Source of the DNA: Mytilus edulis
Lineage: Eukaryota
Length of the DNA stretch: 64,000 nt
Direction of reading: 5' to 3'
Assembly: GCF_963676685.1 (NCBI RefSeq)
Contig: NC_092345.1
Coordinates: forward strand, 4,836,001 to 4,900,000
How positions within the stretch are numbered: the stretch's first letter is position 1; each line of letters opens with the position of its first letter. A program made the translations under genes and the position numbers. This document shows, one piece after another, positions 23,684 through 36,702 of the stretch. The notes beneath the pieces were generated by a model that ran no database searches, had not been told where the DNA came from, and was given only the letters and a program-made list of their open reading frames with translations.

Positions 23684-26267
23684 CTATCCAAAATCACAAA
23701 TGAAGTCCTGGTATCGCTCAGGACGTTTTACTTCGCGTCTGGGGCGAATGTTGTCTCTTAAAGAAACATCAGTAAACTCATCAGTATGTTTATCAATCTC
23801 GTTTTCGACATCTTCTATTACTCGATCATTTATAACTAAATCAACGTCTTCTTCTCTTAACATTTGTGAGATTTTTTTCTTAATCCTATCACAATGGATA
23901 ACTTGTGGCTTGCCACTTCTGCCACAATTAACCTCATATAACACATTAGACATTTTCCTCAAAATTGTAAAAGGGCCCCTCCAAAATGATGTTAGCTTAG
24001 AGGAACACCCTATCTTTTTCTGTGGGAAAAATATATATACTTCATCCCCTTCTTCAAATTTTCGCCAGGATAATTTCTTGTCATGATATGTTTTCTGTCT
24101 AAGTATGGCTTGTTTTATATGTCCCCTTACAAATGTGTGAGCATCTTCTATACGTTCTTTAAGTTCCCATACCCACTGATTAGTAGGAACTGGTTTCACA
24201 CTCGTAGGCATGCAATAAATTAAGTCAAGGGGCATTGTTGTCTCACGACCAAGCATGAGTAAGTTCGGAGTCGTACCTGTTGTTTCATGCTCAGCGGCTC
24301 GGTAAGCCATCATTACATATGGCAAATGCACATCCCAATCTCTATGATGCTCATGAACGTATGAACTGAGCATAACTTCTAGGGTTTGGTTGAATCTCTC
24401 TACCATACCATCTGATTTAGGATGGTATGGAGTAGTTCTTGTTTTGTCAATTTCTAAGAGGTTACACATCTCCGAAAACAACTTGCTCTCATACTGTAAT
24501 CCTTGATCTGAATGAATCGTATATGGTATTCCAAATCGAGCCACAACTTCCTCAACGAGTATCTTTGCCACAGTTCATGGGAACTCCTGATTGAACAACC
24601 TGCATGGGAGCACGTTTCTTTTGCAAAGGCCGCTTACGTCTGGTACATTTATCACAGCCTGCAACATATCTCCGTACATCATCTTGTTGACCAGGCCAAT
24701 AAAATCTCTGTCTTATTTTACCTAACGTTTTGGTGACTCCCAAGTGTCCTGATGTTCGGACATCATGACAATATTCAAGAATTTTTCGTCTTTCACACAA
24801 AGGTACAACAGCCTGACAGTATGTAATATTTGTACTTCCTATTTCCCAAGTCCTACATACCAGCTCATTCTCGATACAGAGTCGGTTGAACTGACTCCAA
24901 AGACTTCGCATGAAATAACTGCCACAAACTTCTTCCCAGGATGGTCTTTCACCCTTTTCTAGCCATTCTCTGACCTTACTTATATTTGTATCGGCATTCT
25001 GAGCTTCCTGGATCTCAGTAATAACACTGACTTTGTTGGATTCATTTATATTTTTAGATTGAATGTTCTGTGAATAACCAACCGCTGTGTCTTTCTCTAT
25101 ATTACAATGATTGCATTGCTTGCATGGCAGGCGACTTAAAAAATCAGCATTATTATGTTTGACACCTGGTCGATGTTCAATTTCCATATCGTAAGAAAAC
25201 AACACCTCCAACCACCTCGCCATCTGTCCTTCGGGATTTTTGAAATTTAGGAGCCAGCGAAGTGAACTGTGGTCTGTACGAATTTTAAACTTTTTGCCGT
25301 AAAGATAGTTTTTGTAATACTTTGAGAAGTGAACCACTGCAAGCAGTTCTTTTCTTGTAACTCAGTACTTGCGCTCTGATTTCGTCAAACTTCTGCTACC
25401 ATATGCAATAACTTTTTCTGTATCGTCTTGAATCTGCGAAAGTACAGCACCAATGGCTGTTCCACTAGCATCTGTGTCAAGTATGAACGGTTTTGTAAAA
25501 TCGGGATGAGCAAGGACTGGGGCTGTGGTGAGACACATTTTAAGTTTTAAGAAAGCTTCATTGCATTCATGCGACCAATCGTACTTTTTATTTTTTTCAG
25601 TAAGTTTGTGTAAAGGTTTAGCAATAGCTGCAAAACCCTCTACAAATCTTCTGTAGTAACTACAGAATCCTAAAAATGATCTTACATCAGAAACATTTGA
25701 TGGTGTTGGCCAGTTTTGAACAATTTCTAGTTTCTTTTTATCTGTAGCAACACCATCCTCAGAAATAATGTGCCCTAAGTATTCTACTTCAGTAGCAAAC
25801 AAAGTACATTTTCGGGGTTTAAGTTTCAAATTAGCAGATCGCAATCTGTCAAAAACGGTAGCTAGATTTTTCAACATGTCTTCAAAGCTTTTTGCAAAAA
25901 CAATTATATCGTCTAGGTATATCAAGCATAACTCCCATTGCAACCCTGCTAATACCATCTCCATCAGACGCTCAAAAGTTGCTGGTGCGTTACATAATCC
26001 AAAAGGGAGTACTCTGAACTGAAACAACCCTTTTCTTGTAGCAAATGCAGTTTTGAACCGATCTGATGCTTCAACCTCTACCTGCCAGTATCCAGAGCAA
26101 AGGTCTAGCGTAGAAAACAACTTCGCACCCGACAGCTGTTCTAGTGAATCATCAATTCTAGGTAGAGGATATGCGTCCTTAACTGTCGAGCTGTTGAGCA
26201 TGCGATAGTCCACACAAAATCGCGTAGAACCATCTTTTTTCTTACTAAAACTACCCCTGAAGCCCAA
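23684..26267 (-). pseudogene. Gypsy pol (RT, RNase H, integrase) with a frameshift, a stop and an internal deletion
   Basis: RT YLDD; RNase H DTDAS; integrase HHCC region and HSDQG...VERFN. Lesions: one A missing near 26238, TGA at 25362-25364 within SERKY*VTRKELLA, and a deletion near 24578 removing the start of the integrase core. Confidence 0.92.
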
Positions 26268-28549
26268 GGGCTGCTTGAATGCTCAATGATGCCCTTTTCT
26301 AACATGTCATCAATTGTTTTATCAACCTCAGGCTGTAAATGAAAAGGTATACGTCTTGGAGGTTCTTTATGTGGCATGTTTTCATGCGTATTAATGCTGT
26401 GTTTAACAACAGTCGTCCGGCCCAAGTCGGAATCAGATTCTGAAAATACATCTGAATATTTAGAAAGAAAATTTTTAACCAATTCCCTTTTATTCTCTGG
26501 CATATTTTTAACTGTGTCTTTATACAATTGCTGCATATGTTTGGGTAGTGAGCTTTCAATCATTGTTTCACTAGGTTCTGATACTATTATCTCCTCGACT
26601 GGACTCAACTGTCCTACTATTGTACCTTCATGAATTGTTTGAGTTTCATCAGACAAATTCATAAACCTGAGTGGAACTTTCTCTTGATTCTTAACCAATA
26701 TTCTACCTAAAAGACCCTTATTTGTGTCTACAAACTCTTGTGTTGGTTCAACAATACCAACTTGTTGATTTGGTAGAACTGGACCTCTGACAGTGCCAGG
26801 TACCATAACTTCACTACGAGGAGGTAGTTGTACAGTTTGTGCTACTGATACGCGATAACAGCCTATCTGACCTTCAAAATGTAAACGCGTTTCTCGTCCG
26901 TTTACCCAAATACTACCTCTGGTAAGATTGATAACACAATCTTGATTTCTTTGAAAGTCTATTCCCAATATGCCATCTATTTGAAGGTCTGCTACTACAG
27001 CAATATTTGAACAAACATATCCATTTAATTCAATGTCAATAATAGTTTTCCCAAACAGAACTAAGGGAGAACCATTTGCAGTCAATATCTCTCTGTCCAT
27101 TGGTGACAGAACATGAGAATGCATACTGTCAAATATTTGTTTGGAAATAAGGGATACTGTCGCCCCTGTGTCTATAAGCATCTTTGCTTTACGACCATTG
27201 ACTTTAACCTCTATAAACATTCCAGCCTCATTTGCTAATTTGTTAACTCCTATTACACCGTTCTGTTTTTCATGTGAAACTTCGGCTCCGTTTTCGGAGT
27301 TTGGATGTCCCGTTTTCACACTACTTTCGGGACAATCTTTTTTGAAATGTCCAAATTTGCCACAGTTGAAGCATCCACGTTTCTTACGATTCTGGAATTG
27401 TGAATTACCTTTAAAAGGAAACCACCCTTTTCCCTGAGATATTTGCAAAGCTTTTACTTCTTGTTGCAGATCAGTCAAAGCTGTCTGTATGTTTTTAAGT
27501 AGCTCTACTGTTTTGTCGCTGGTGACAGTAGTGTCTACATCTGTATTTGTAGCTCTTAAATAACCTTTCCCTTCCTCCCGCTTTATTTCAGCCTTATTGA
27601 AAGCTTCTAGTTCAACAGCGTGCCGAACTGCGTCATTCAGGTCGGCAGGTCTAGCTTGTTTAATTCTAAGTCTCATGTCCACACTCATGAGCCCGTCTAT
27701 AAATTGCTCTTTAGCTAGAGTTTCCCTAACGTCATTTGGGGCTGTTGGATATGAAAGGTTCGCCAAGCGTCTTATGTCCTGACCTAATTCAGGAAGGCTT
27801 TCTGAAGCTTTTTGACGACGCTCCCGTAGTTGTGTTCGATACAACTCCGTTTGATTGGCAGGCGAAAATCTCTCTTCAAGAGACCTAACAAGTTCTATAA
27901 AAGTTTGTCTTTTATCTGTGGGTAGATTTCCTAGTACCCCCTGAGCTTGCCCCCTCAATGAAACTGCCAAATACAAACCCTTTTCTGTATCTGTCCATCC
28001 ATTTATACTTGAACAAGCTTCGAAATGAGATTTGTAATCTATCCATGAGCCCTGCCCATCAAACGTAGCGGGTTTTATGATATTTTTGTTTTTGTTGTCT
28101 CCCCTATATGCACCTAATTTGTCTTGTGGTTTTTGTAGACTTTTCTTTCGTCTCTCATTTACAAAATTTGTCTCAAGAACAGAATCTGAATAAGTTCTCA
28201 TTTCTGGTGTTAATTTTACAGAATCGGGAATATCTTTATTATGTATTTCAGGCCGTGGCATAACTTTTGTCTTAGCCCCTACCCCAACGTGTGTACTTTG
28301 GAGTATGTTGCTGCCTGTACCAGAGTCTGGGTCTGGAATTCTAGCAGAAGCAATTCCAGAGTCAGATTGTCTTGGACGTGTTGCTTGACTAATAGGAGTT
28401 GACTGAGCAAAGTCTGGGGTATTTTCAAAACTCTTATTTCTTAAGCACTCTATTTCCTTGTTTAATTTATCTAATTCCCTGGTCAAATTTCTTGTTTCGA
28501 CACTGTAAGGGTCATACAACATTTTATCTTCTCTGTATGCTCGGGACAT
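26141..28549 (-). CDS. Gypsy gag-protease ORF running into the RT N-terminus
   Basis: KPATFDG capsid start, CFNCGKFGHFKKDC knuckle, LIDTGA protease active site, GIIEHSSSPWAS RT start. Confidence 0.95.
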   Translation of the reverse strand: MSRAYREDKMLYDPYSVETRNLTRELDKLNKEIECLRNKSFENTPDFAQSTPISQATRPRQSDSGIASARIPDPDSGTGSNILQSTHVGVGAKTKVMPRPEIHNKDIPDSVKLTPEMRTYSDSVLETNFVNERRKKSLQKPQDKLGAYRGDNKNKNIIKPATFDGQGSWIDYKSHFEACSSINGWTDTEKGLYLAVSLRGQAQGVLGNLPTDKRQTFIELVRSLEERFSPANQTELYRTQLRERRQKASESLPELGQDIRRLANLSYPTAPNDVRETLAKEQFIDGLMSVDMRLRIKQARPADLNDAVRHAVELEAFNKAEIKREEGKGYLRATNTDVDTTVTSDKTVELLKNIQTALTDLQQEVKALQISQGKGWFPFKGNSQFQNRKKRGCFNCGKFGHFKKDCPESSVKTGHPNSENGAEVSHEKQNGVIGVNKLANEAGMFIEVKVNGRKAKMLIDTGATVSLISKQIFDSMHSHVLSPMDREILTANGSPLVLFGKTIIDIELNGYVCSNIAVVADLQIDGILGIDFQRNQDCVINLTRGSIWVNGRETRLHFEGQIGCYRVSVAQTVQLPPRSEVMVPGTVRGPVLPNQQVGIVEPTQEFVDTNKGLLGRILVKNQEKVPLRFMNLSDETQTIHEGTIVGQLSPVEEIIVSEPSETMIESSLPKHMQQLYKDTVKNMPENKRELVKNFLSKYSDVFSESDSDLGRTTVVKHSINTHENMPHKEPPRRIPFHLQPEVDKTIDDMLEKGIIEHSSSPWASGVVLVRKKMVLRDFVWTIACSTARQLRTHILYLELMIH

Positions 28550-28725
28550 ATTTTGAAGAATAATTTAACAAAAATAAACAATAAGTTTTCAAATATATTT
28601 TATTTAACAATCTGACAATCAATGTATTTACAAAACAGTGTGTTGCTTCTTGCAAGTAATGACAAATAGGAAATAATGACAATAAAACAATGTGATTATT
28701 TACATATAATACTGAAGTTTCTCAG

Positions 28726-28744
28726 ATCCCACCGCTGCTAACCA
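28726..28744 (-). other. Primer binding site, tRNA-Leu-like
   Basis: TGGTTAGCAGCGGTGGGAT, 4 nt inside the 5' LTR, is near-complementary to the eukaryotic tRNA-Leu 3' end (...AUCCCACCGCUGCCACCA). Confidence 0.75.
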
Positions 28745-28748
28745 ATTT

Positions 28749-29606
28749 TGTAACGTGTTTGGCTTATAAACTATATGTTCGTATCCGTTTTCACAGAATC
28801 TGAGATACTCCAATATCAATCTTTTATTTAACTCGAAAACCTAACTACAACTTGGAGGCTTTCCTTAAAAACTACAAGACCAGTATTTAAACTTTGAAAC
28901 TTAATAAAGAAATAATAATATTCACACAAATAACTGTATATCAAAAAGTAGCCTGAAAACTATAACCTCAATTTATCCTTGATCCTTTCACTGACTCCGA
29001 GGTCCCAACTGATTTGACAAACAATTATATTAAACTTAATTAAGAACAATCTTCAAAAAAATCATAGGTTTCCGAAACACCTAGTTCTGAGACACCCAGT
29101 CTCTAAAACACCTAGTCCTGAAATGACTAGTCTCTGAAGCACCTAAGTTACCAGATTATTACAAGCTATCTGTTCGAGGGACTGCGACCATTCCCAAGGG
29201 AAATTACAGTTTCGGAACAACGCGGTAGCTTGCAATAATTGTAATACCTTTAAAAACCGCTTGCTTCAAAACTACAACGCTTTCAACTCAACTAGGTTTA
29301 TAAACTTACTTTCCAGCTTCAAATTTCAATTCTTCAATTCCTTCAGAAGCGATTATTATCCGTCGACAGCCAGATTACAAATGACAAAAAAAACACAATG
29401 AATCGGTGTCTTTATATACCAAGAGCGCGGACCTCGAAGAGAGCACCCTAGTAACAATTAACGCGTCTCATAACAACCAAGGATAAAAGAATGATTTCAT
29501 ATGCATTTATCGTTAACGCATTGTCCAAATGGGTAATTTATTATAGATAACAATTAAACGATAAACTATAGATATTGTCTTATGCCTAAACTGCATTTTT
29601 GTCACA
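28749..29606 (-). repeat. 5' LTR (858 bp)
   Basis: Minus strand has TATATAAA (29411-29418), a GTAAGT donor-like site (29304-29309) and AATAAA (28823-28828). Confidence 0.97.
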
Positions 29607-30170
29607 CCAATAACGTGACGTTATTTTCAATTTGAGGGTACGAACTATGAAACAACTTTCGATTTTGCAGTTAATTTCTACAGTATGGTACATATCAGCA
29701 ATGTTGTTTCAACATATTTTGAATTTGCTAAATAATCTGGTCAAGTCCAAGTCAAATAAAACTAGCAAAAATCCAAACTCCGAGGAAAAATCAAAACGGA
29801 AATTCATTAAAAAATACCTTATGATATTGCTGACTTAAAACAGGCATTTCCTCATGCATAAAGTGGTGAAATAAATTTCTTTAAACAACATTACGACAAA
29901 CAGCAACTCAAAACCCACTAAAACTAGGGTTGGACTTAGGTTCTCCTGAGGAGTAAGTTGTCCCTGTTCCTCTGGTGTTACCCGTCGTGTTATTTCTTTT
30001 AAAATACACTGAATATGAGATGATTACACATTACACACTAGAAGATTGGTGAATATACATGGTATCTTATCCACAATTTTATTCATTTGAAAATGCCTAT
30101 ACAAAGTCAGGAATATGACAGTCGTTGTCCATTCGTTTGATGTATTTGATCATTTGATTTTGCCAATTGA

Positions 30171-33100
30171 GTATAGGGACTTTCCGTTTTGAATTTTTTC
30201 TTATTTTACTTTTTAAAATCAGAAGAGCACAGGCATTCGGTTTTCTAGCTGACTTTTTGACATTGTTTTAATATTGTTTTCAGATTGTGTCATAGATCAA
30301 AATTTATTCGTTCAGTTTATGTTTACTTGTCTTTATTAATACCTGTTTGTATAATATGATTGTCACTGTAACTTTTTATTATAGTATAAGGGAGATAATC
30401 ATTTGAAGGAAAAAGCTAGAGTTTAACATTTTCCAGGATTTTAATCGGCAGGTGTAGCACGTTAACTTTGGAGCGCTGTGATTTGATGTAATGATAAAAC
30501 ATATTTTTATTTCTTATAACCGAATAACTGAAGTGCATATATTTACAATATCAATTTTGAAAAGTGACACATTTTTCTCATGTCAATGTCTTTATTTTTC
30601 GTGGTATTTTCATATTTCATGAGCGGTGTGAGAAAAATGTTTCTCGTCACTAAGGAAATATCTGTTCTCGCCAAATGAATAGTCGAAATTTAATTATGAC
30701 GTCCAAATTTCTTGGTTTCTTCTGAATTTTCATATTGTGACGTCTTTAAAAAATATAGGCGACCATGCCTGATGAAGTCGCATATAACACAACTTTCTGA
30801 AACTCAAGGAAAAAGAAGTAAAAAATCATTAGAGAAACAGATTCCACCACTGTAACTCGTGTTTTACGATATTTCTCCTCTCTCAACAGTTAAATTTTAA
30901 AAAGTTCGACAAGCCTTGCGCCTTATATAATAACAGTTAACTGTCTCGAGTGGAGATATATCGTAATTTTAAGTATGTTGTAGTGTAGGAATGTATATTT
31001 CCAAAACAGATTAATAAAGTACTAATATCACGTATTGCTGTTTTTCCAGGTTTGTATTAAAGTGTTAAATTAGAAAATTGTAAGTATTGTCGACTAGGGA
31101 GGAAAAATACTACATATAATGATATACCGTTTTCTCGAGACAAAAAAATATTACAACTCATATCAGACCCCAACAAACAAATAGGGGAAAGCTGAAATCA
31201 TATTTGATCTTTAAATAATTTGGTCATTCACTTTAAATAGTCCGTTTTTGGTAAAGTAGTTCCCCTTTTTAGCTCACCTGGCCCGAAGGGCCAAGTGAGC
31301 TTTTCCCATCACTTTGCGTCCGGCGTCCGTCGTCGTTAACTTTTACAAAAATCTTCTCCTCTCAAACTGCTGGGCCAAATTAAACTAAACTTGGCCACAA
31401 TCATCATTGGGGTATCTAGTTTAAAATATGTGTGACTTGACCCCGCCTACCAACCAAGATGGCCGCCATGGCTAAAAATAGAACATAGGGGTAAAATGCA
31501 GTTTTTGGCTTATAACTCAAAAACCAAAGCATTTTTCGCAAATCTGACATGGGGTAAAATTGTTTATCAGGTCAAGATCTATCTGCACTGATATTTTCAG
31601 ATGAATCAGACAATCCGTTGTTGGGTTGCTGCCCCTGAATATGTAATTTTAAGGAAATTTTGCTGTTTTTGGTTATTATCTTGAATACTATTATAGATAA
31701 AGATAAACTGTAAACAGCAATAATGTTCAGCAAAGTAAGATTTACAAATAAGTCAACATGATTGAAATGGTCAATTGACCCCTTTAGGAGTTATTGCCCT
31801 TTATAGTCATTTTTTAACCATTTTTCATAAATCTTAGTCATCTTTTAGAAAAATCTTCTCCTCTGAAACTACTGGGGCGGGCCAAATTAAACCAAACATG
31901 GCCACAATCATCATTGGGGTATCTTGTTTAAAAAATGTGTGGCGTGACCCTGCCAACCAACCAAGATGGCCACCATGGCTAAAAATAGAACATGGGGGTA
32001 AAATGCAGTTTTTGGCTTATAACTCAAAAACCAAAGCATTTAGAGCAAATCTGACTTGGGGAAAATTGTTCATCAGGTCAAAATTTATCTGCCCTGAAAT
32101 TTTCAGATGAATCGGATAACCTGTTGTTGGGTTGCTGCCCCTGAATTGGTAATTTTAAGGAAATTTTGCTGTTTTTGGTTATTATCTTGAATATTATTAT
32201 AGATAGAGATAAACTGTAAACAGCAATAATGTACAGCAAAGTAAGACCTAAAAAGAAGTCAACATGACCAAAATGGTCAATTGACCCCTTAGGAGTTATT
32301 GCCCTTTAAATAGTCATTTTTTTTTTAACAATTTTCACAAAATTTGTAAAATTTTACTAACATTTTCCACTGTAACTACTGGGTCAAGTTCATTATAGAT
32401 AGAGATAATTGTAAGCAGCAAGAATGTTCAGTAAAGTAAGATCCACAAACACATCACCATCACCAAACCACAATTTTGTCTTGAATCCATCTGTTTCCTT
32501 TGCTTAGTATTCACATAGAGTATAGGGACTTTCCGTTTTGAATTTTTTCTTATTTTACTTTTTAAAATCAGAAGAGCACAGGCATTCGGTTTTCTAGCTG
32601 ACTTTTTGACATTGTTTTAATATTGTTTTCAGATTGTGTCATAGATCAAATTTATTCGTTCAGTATATGTTTACTTGTCTTTATTAATACCTGTTTGTAT
32701 AATATGATTGTCACTGTAACTTTTTATTATAGTATAAGGGAGATAATCATTTGAAGGAAAAAGCTAGAGTTTAACATTTTCCAGGATTTTAATCGGCAGG
32801 TGTAGCACGTTAACTTTGGAGCGCTGTGATTTGATGTAATGATAAAATATATTTTTATTTCTTATAACCGAATAACTGAAGTGCATATATTTACAATATC
32901 AATTTTGAAAAGTGACACATTTTTCTCATGTCAATGTCTTTATTTTCTGTGGTATTTTCATATTTCATGAGCGGTGTGAGAAAAATGTTTCTCGTCACTA
33001 AGGAAATATCTGTTCTCGGCAAATGAATAGTCGAAATTTAATTATGACGTCCAAATTTCTTGGTTTCTTCTGAATTTTCATATTGTGACGTCTTTACAAA

Positions 33101-36100
33101 ATATAGGCGACCATGCCTGATGAAGTCGCATATAACACAACTTTCTGAAACTCATGGAAAAAGAAGTAAAAAATCATTAGAGAAACAGATTCCACCACTG
33201 TAACTCGTGTTTTACGATATTTCTTCTCTCTCAACAGTTAAATTTTAAAAAGTTCGACAAGCCTTGCGCCTTATATAATAACATTTAACTGTCTCGAGTG
33301 GAGATATATCGAAATTGTAAGTATGTTGTAGTGTAGGAATGTATATTTCCAAAACAGATTAATAAAGTACTAATATCACGTATTGCTGTTTTTCCAGGTT
33401 TGTATTAAAGTGTTAAATTAGAAAATTGTAAGTATTGGCGACTAGGGAGGAAAAATACTACATATAATGATATACCGTTTTCTCGAGACAAAAAAATATT
33501 ACAACTCATATCAGACCCCAACAAACAAATAGGGGAAAGCTGAAATCATATTTGATCTTTAAATAATTTGGTCATTCACTTTAAATAGTCCGTTTTTGGT
33601 AAAGTAGTTCCCCTTTTTAGCTCACCTGGCCCGAAGGGCCAAGTGAGCTTTTCCCATCACTTTGCGTCCGGCGTCCGTCGTCGTTAACTTTTACAAAAAT
33701 CCTCTCCTCTCAAACTGCTGGGCCAAATTAAACCAAACTTGGCCACAATCATCATTGGGGTATCTAGTTTAAAAAATGTGTGACTTGACCCCGCCTACCA
33801 ACCAAGATGGCCGCCATGGCTAAAAATAGAACATAGGGGTAAAATGCAGTTTTTGGCTTATAACTCAAAAACCAAAGCATTTTGCGCAAATCTGACATGG
33901 GGTAAAATTGTTTATCAGGTCAAGATCTATCTGCCCTGATAGTTTCAGATGAATCAGACAATCCGTTGTTGGGTTGCTGCCCCTGAATATGTAATTTTAA
34001 GGAAATTTTGCTGTTTTTGGTTATTATCTTGAATATTATAATAGATAGAGATAAACTGTAAACAGCAATAATGTACAGCAAAGTAAGACCTAAAAAGAAG
34101 TCAACATGACCAAAATGGTCAATTGACCCCTTAGGAGTTATTGCCCTTTAAATAGTCATTTTTTTTTAACAATTTTCACAAAATTTGTAAAATTTTACTA
34201 ACATTTTCCACTGTAACTACTGGGTCAAGTTCATTATAGATAGAGATAATTGTAAGCAGCAAGAATGTTCAGTAAAGTAAGATCCACAAACACATCACCA
34301 TCACCAAACCACAATTTTGTCTTGAATCCATCTGTGTCCTTTGTTTAGTATTCACATAGAGTATAGGGACTTTCCGTTTTGAATTTTTTCTTATTTTACT
34401 TTTTAAAATCAGAAGAGCACAGGCATTCGGTTTTCTAGCTGACTTTTTGACATTGTTTTAATATTGTTTTCAGATTGTGTCATAGATCAAATTTATTCGT
34501 TCAGTATATGTTTACTTGTCTTTATTAATACCTGTTTGTATAATATGATTGTCACTGTAACTTTTTATTATAGTATAAGGGAGATAATCATTTGAAGGAA
34601 AAAGCTAGAGTTTAACATTTTCCAGGATTTTAATCGGCAGGTGTAGCACGTTAACTTTGGAGCGCTGTGATTTGATGTAACGATAAAATATATTTTTATT
34701 TCTTATAACCGAATAACTGAAGTGCATATATTTACAATATCAATTTTGAAAAGTGACACAATTTTCTCATGTCAATGTCTTTATTTTTCGTGGTATTTTC
34801 ATATTTCATGAGCGGTGTGAGAAAAATGTTTCTCGTCACTAAGGAAATATCTGTTCTCGCCAAATGAATAGTCGAAATTTAATTATGACGTCCAAATTTC
34901 TTGGTTTCTTCTGAATTTTCATATTGTGACGTCTTTAAAAAATATAGGCGACCATGCCTGATGAAGTCGCATATAACACAACTTTCTGAAACTCAAGGAA
35001 AAAGAAGTAAAAAATCATTAGAGAAACAGATTCCACCACTGTAACTCGTGTTTTACGATATTTCTTCTCTCTCAACAGTTAAATTTTAAAAAGTTCGACA
35101 AGCCTTGCGCCTAATATAATAACATTTAACTGTCTCGAGTGGAGATATATCGAAATTGTAAGTATGTTGTAGTGTAGGAATGTATATTTCCAAAACAGAT
35201 TAATAAAGTACTAATATCACGTATTGCTGTTTTTCCAGGTTTGTATTAAAGTGTTAAATTAGAAAATTGTAAGTATTGTCGACTAGGGAGGGAAAATACT
35301 ACATATAATGATATACCGTTTTCTCGAGACAAAAAAATATTACAACTCATATCAGACCCCAACAAACAAATAGGGGAAAGCTGAAATCATATTTGATCTT
35401 TAAATAATTTGGTCATTCACTTTAAATAGTCCGTTTTTGGTAAAGTAGTTCCCCTTTTTAGCTCACCTGGCCCGTCGTCCGTCGTCGTTAACTTTTACAA
35501 AAATCTTCTCCTCTCAAACTGCTGGGCCAAATTAAACCAAACTTGGCCACAATCATCATTGGGGTATCTAGTTTAAAAAATGTGTGACTTGACCCCGCCT
35601 ACCAACCAAGATGGCCGCCATGGCTAAAAATAGAACATAGGGGTAAAATGCAGTTTTTGGCTTATAACTCAAAAACCAAAGCATTTTGCGCAAATCTGAC
35701 ATAGGTAAAATTGTTTATCAGGTCAAGATCTATCTGCCCTGATAGTTTCAGATGAATCAGACAATCCGTTGTTGGGTTGCTGCCCCTGAATATGTAATTT
35801 TAAGGAAATATTGCTGTTTTTGGTTATTATCTTGAATACTATTATAGATAGAGATAAACTGTAAACAGCAATAATGTTCAGCAAAGTAAGATTTACAAAT
35901 AAGTCAACATGATTGAAATGGTCAATTGACCCCTTTAGGAGTTATTGCCCTTTATAGTAATTTTTTAACCATTTTTCATAAATCTTAGTCATCTTTTAGA
36001 AAAATCTTCTCCTCTGAAACTACTGGGCCAAATTAAACCAAACATGGCCACAATCATCATTGGGGTATCTTGTTTAAAAAATGTGTGGCGTGACCCTGCC

Positions 36101-36663
36101 ACCCAACCAAGATGGCCACCATGACTAAAAATAGAAAATGGGGGTAAAATGCAGTTTTTGGCTTATAACTCAAAAACCAAAGCATTTAGAGCAAATCTGA
36201 CATGGGGAAAATTGTTCATCAGGTCAAAATTTATCTGCCCTGAAATTTTCAGATGAATCGGACAACCTGTTGTTGGGTTGCTGTCCCTGAATTGGTAATT
36301 TTAAGGAAATTTTGCTGTTTTTGGTTATTATCTTGAATATTAGTATAGATAGAGATAAACTGTAAACAGCAATAATGTACAGCAAAGTAAGACCTAAAAA
36401 GAAGTCAACATGACCAAAATGGTCAATTGACCCCTTAGGAGTTATTGCCCTTTATATAGTCATTTTTTTTAACAATTTTCACAAAATTTGTAAAATTTTA
36501 CTAACATTTTCCACTGTAGCTACTGGGTCAAGTTCATTATAGATAGAGATAATTGTAAGCAGCAAGAATGTTCAGTAAAGTAAGATCCACAAACACATCA
36601 CCATCACCAAACCACAATTTTGTCTTGAATCCATCTGTGTCCTTTGTTTAGTATTCACATAGA
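30171..36663. repeat. Tandem triplication (30171-32519, 32520-34360, 34361-36663)
   Basis: Each unit starts GTATAGGGACTTTCCGTTTTG and ends TTAGTATTCACATAGA. Each is ~1.1 kb of flank plus a Helentron-like element; unit 2 lacks one ~0.5-kb core. Confidence 0.95.
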
Positions 36664-36702
36664 CTAAGGTGAGCGACACAGGCTCTTTAGAGCCTCTAGT
36701 TT
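35457..36702 (+). mobile_element. Non-autonomous Helentron/HINE (DINE-1-like) element; 3'-less copies at 31268-32519 and 33615-34360
   Basis: 5' TTTAGCTCACCT, short GTC microsatellite, ~500-bp internal tandem cores, 3' AGGTGAGC subterminal inverted repeat followed by the hairpin GGCTCT-tt-AGAGCC and a T run. Confidence 0.8.

Larger units (their letters stand above)
21489..29606 (-). mobile_element. Full-length Ty3/gypsy LTR retrotransposon (recent, pol-defective, with an extra ORF)
   Basis: TG...CA LTRs, CCAA TSD (21485-21488, 29607-29610), domain order gag-PR-RT-RH-IN, PBS and polypurine tract. Confidence 0.98.

Noticed and set aside
26230-26250. Programmed -1 frameshift between gag-PR and pol
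   Set aside because: The shift lies inside the conserved RT N-terminus (VLVRKKDGS) at an A-run one base short. A deletion or sequencing error is more likely.
16146-27782. Antisense and alternate-frame ORFs over the LINE and gypsy ORFs
   Set aside because: Shadow ORFs of long coding sequences with no independent motifs.
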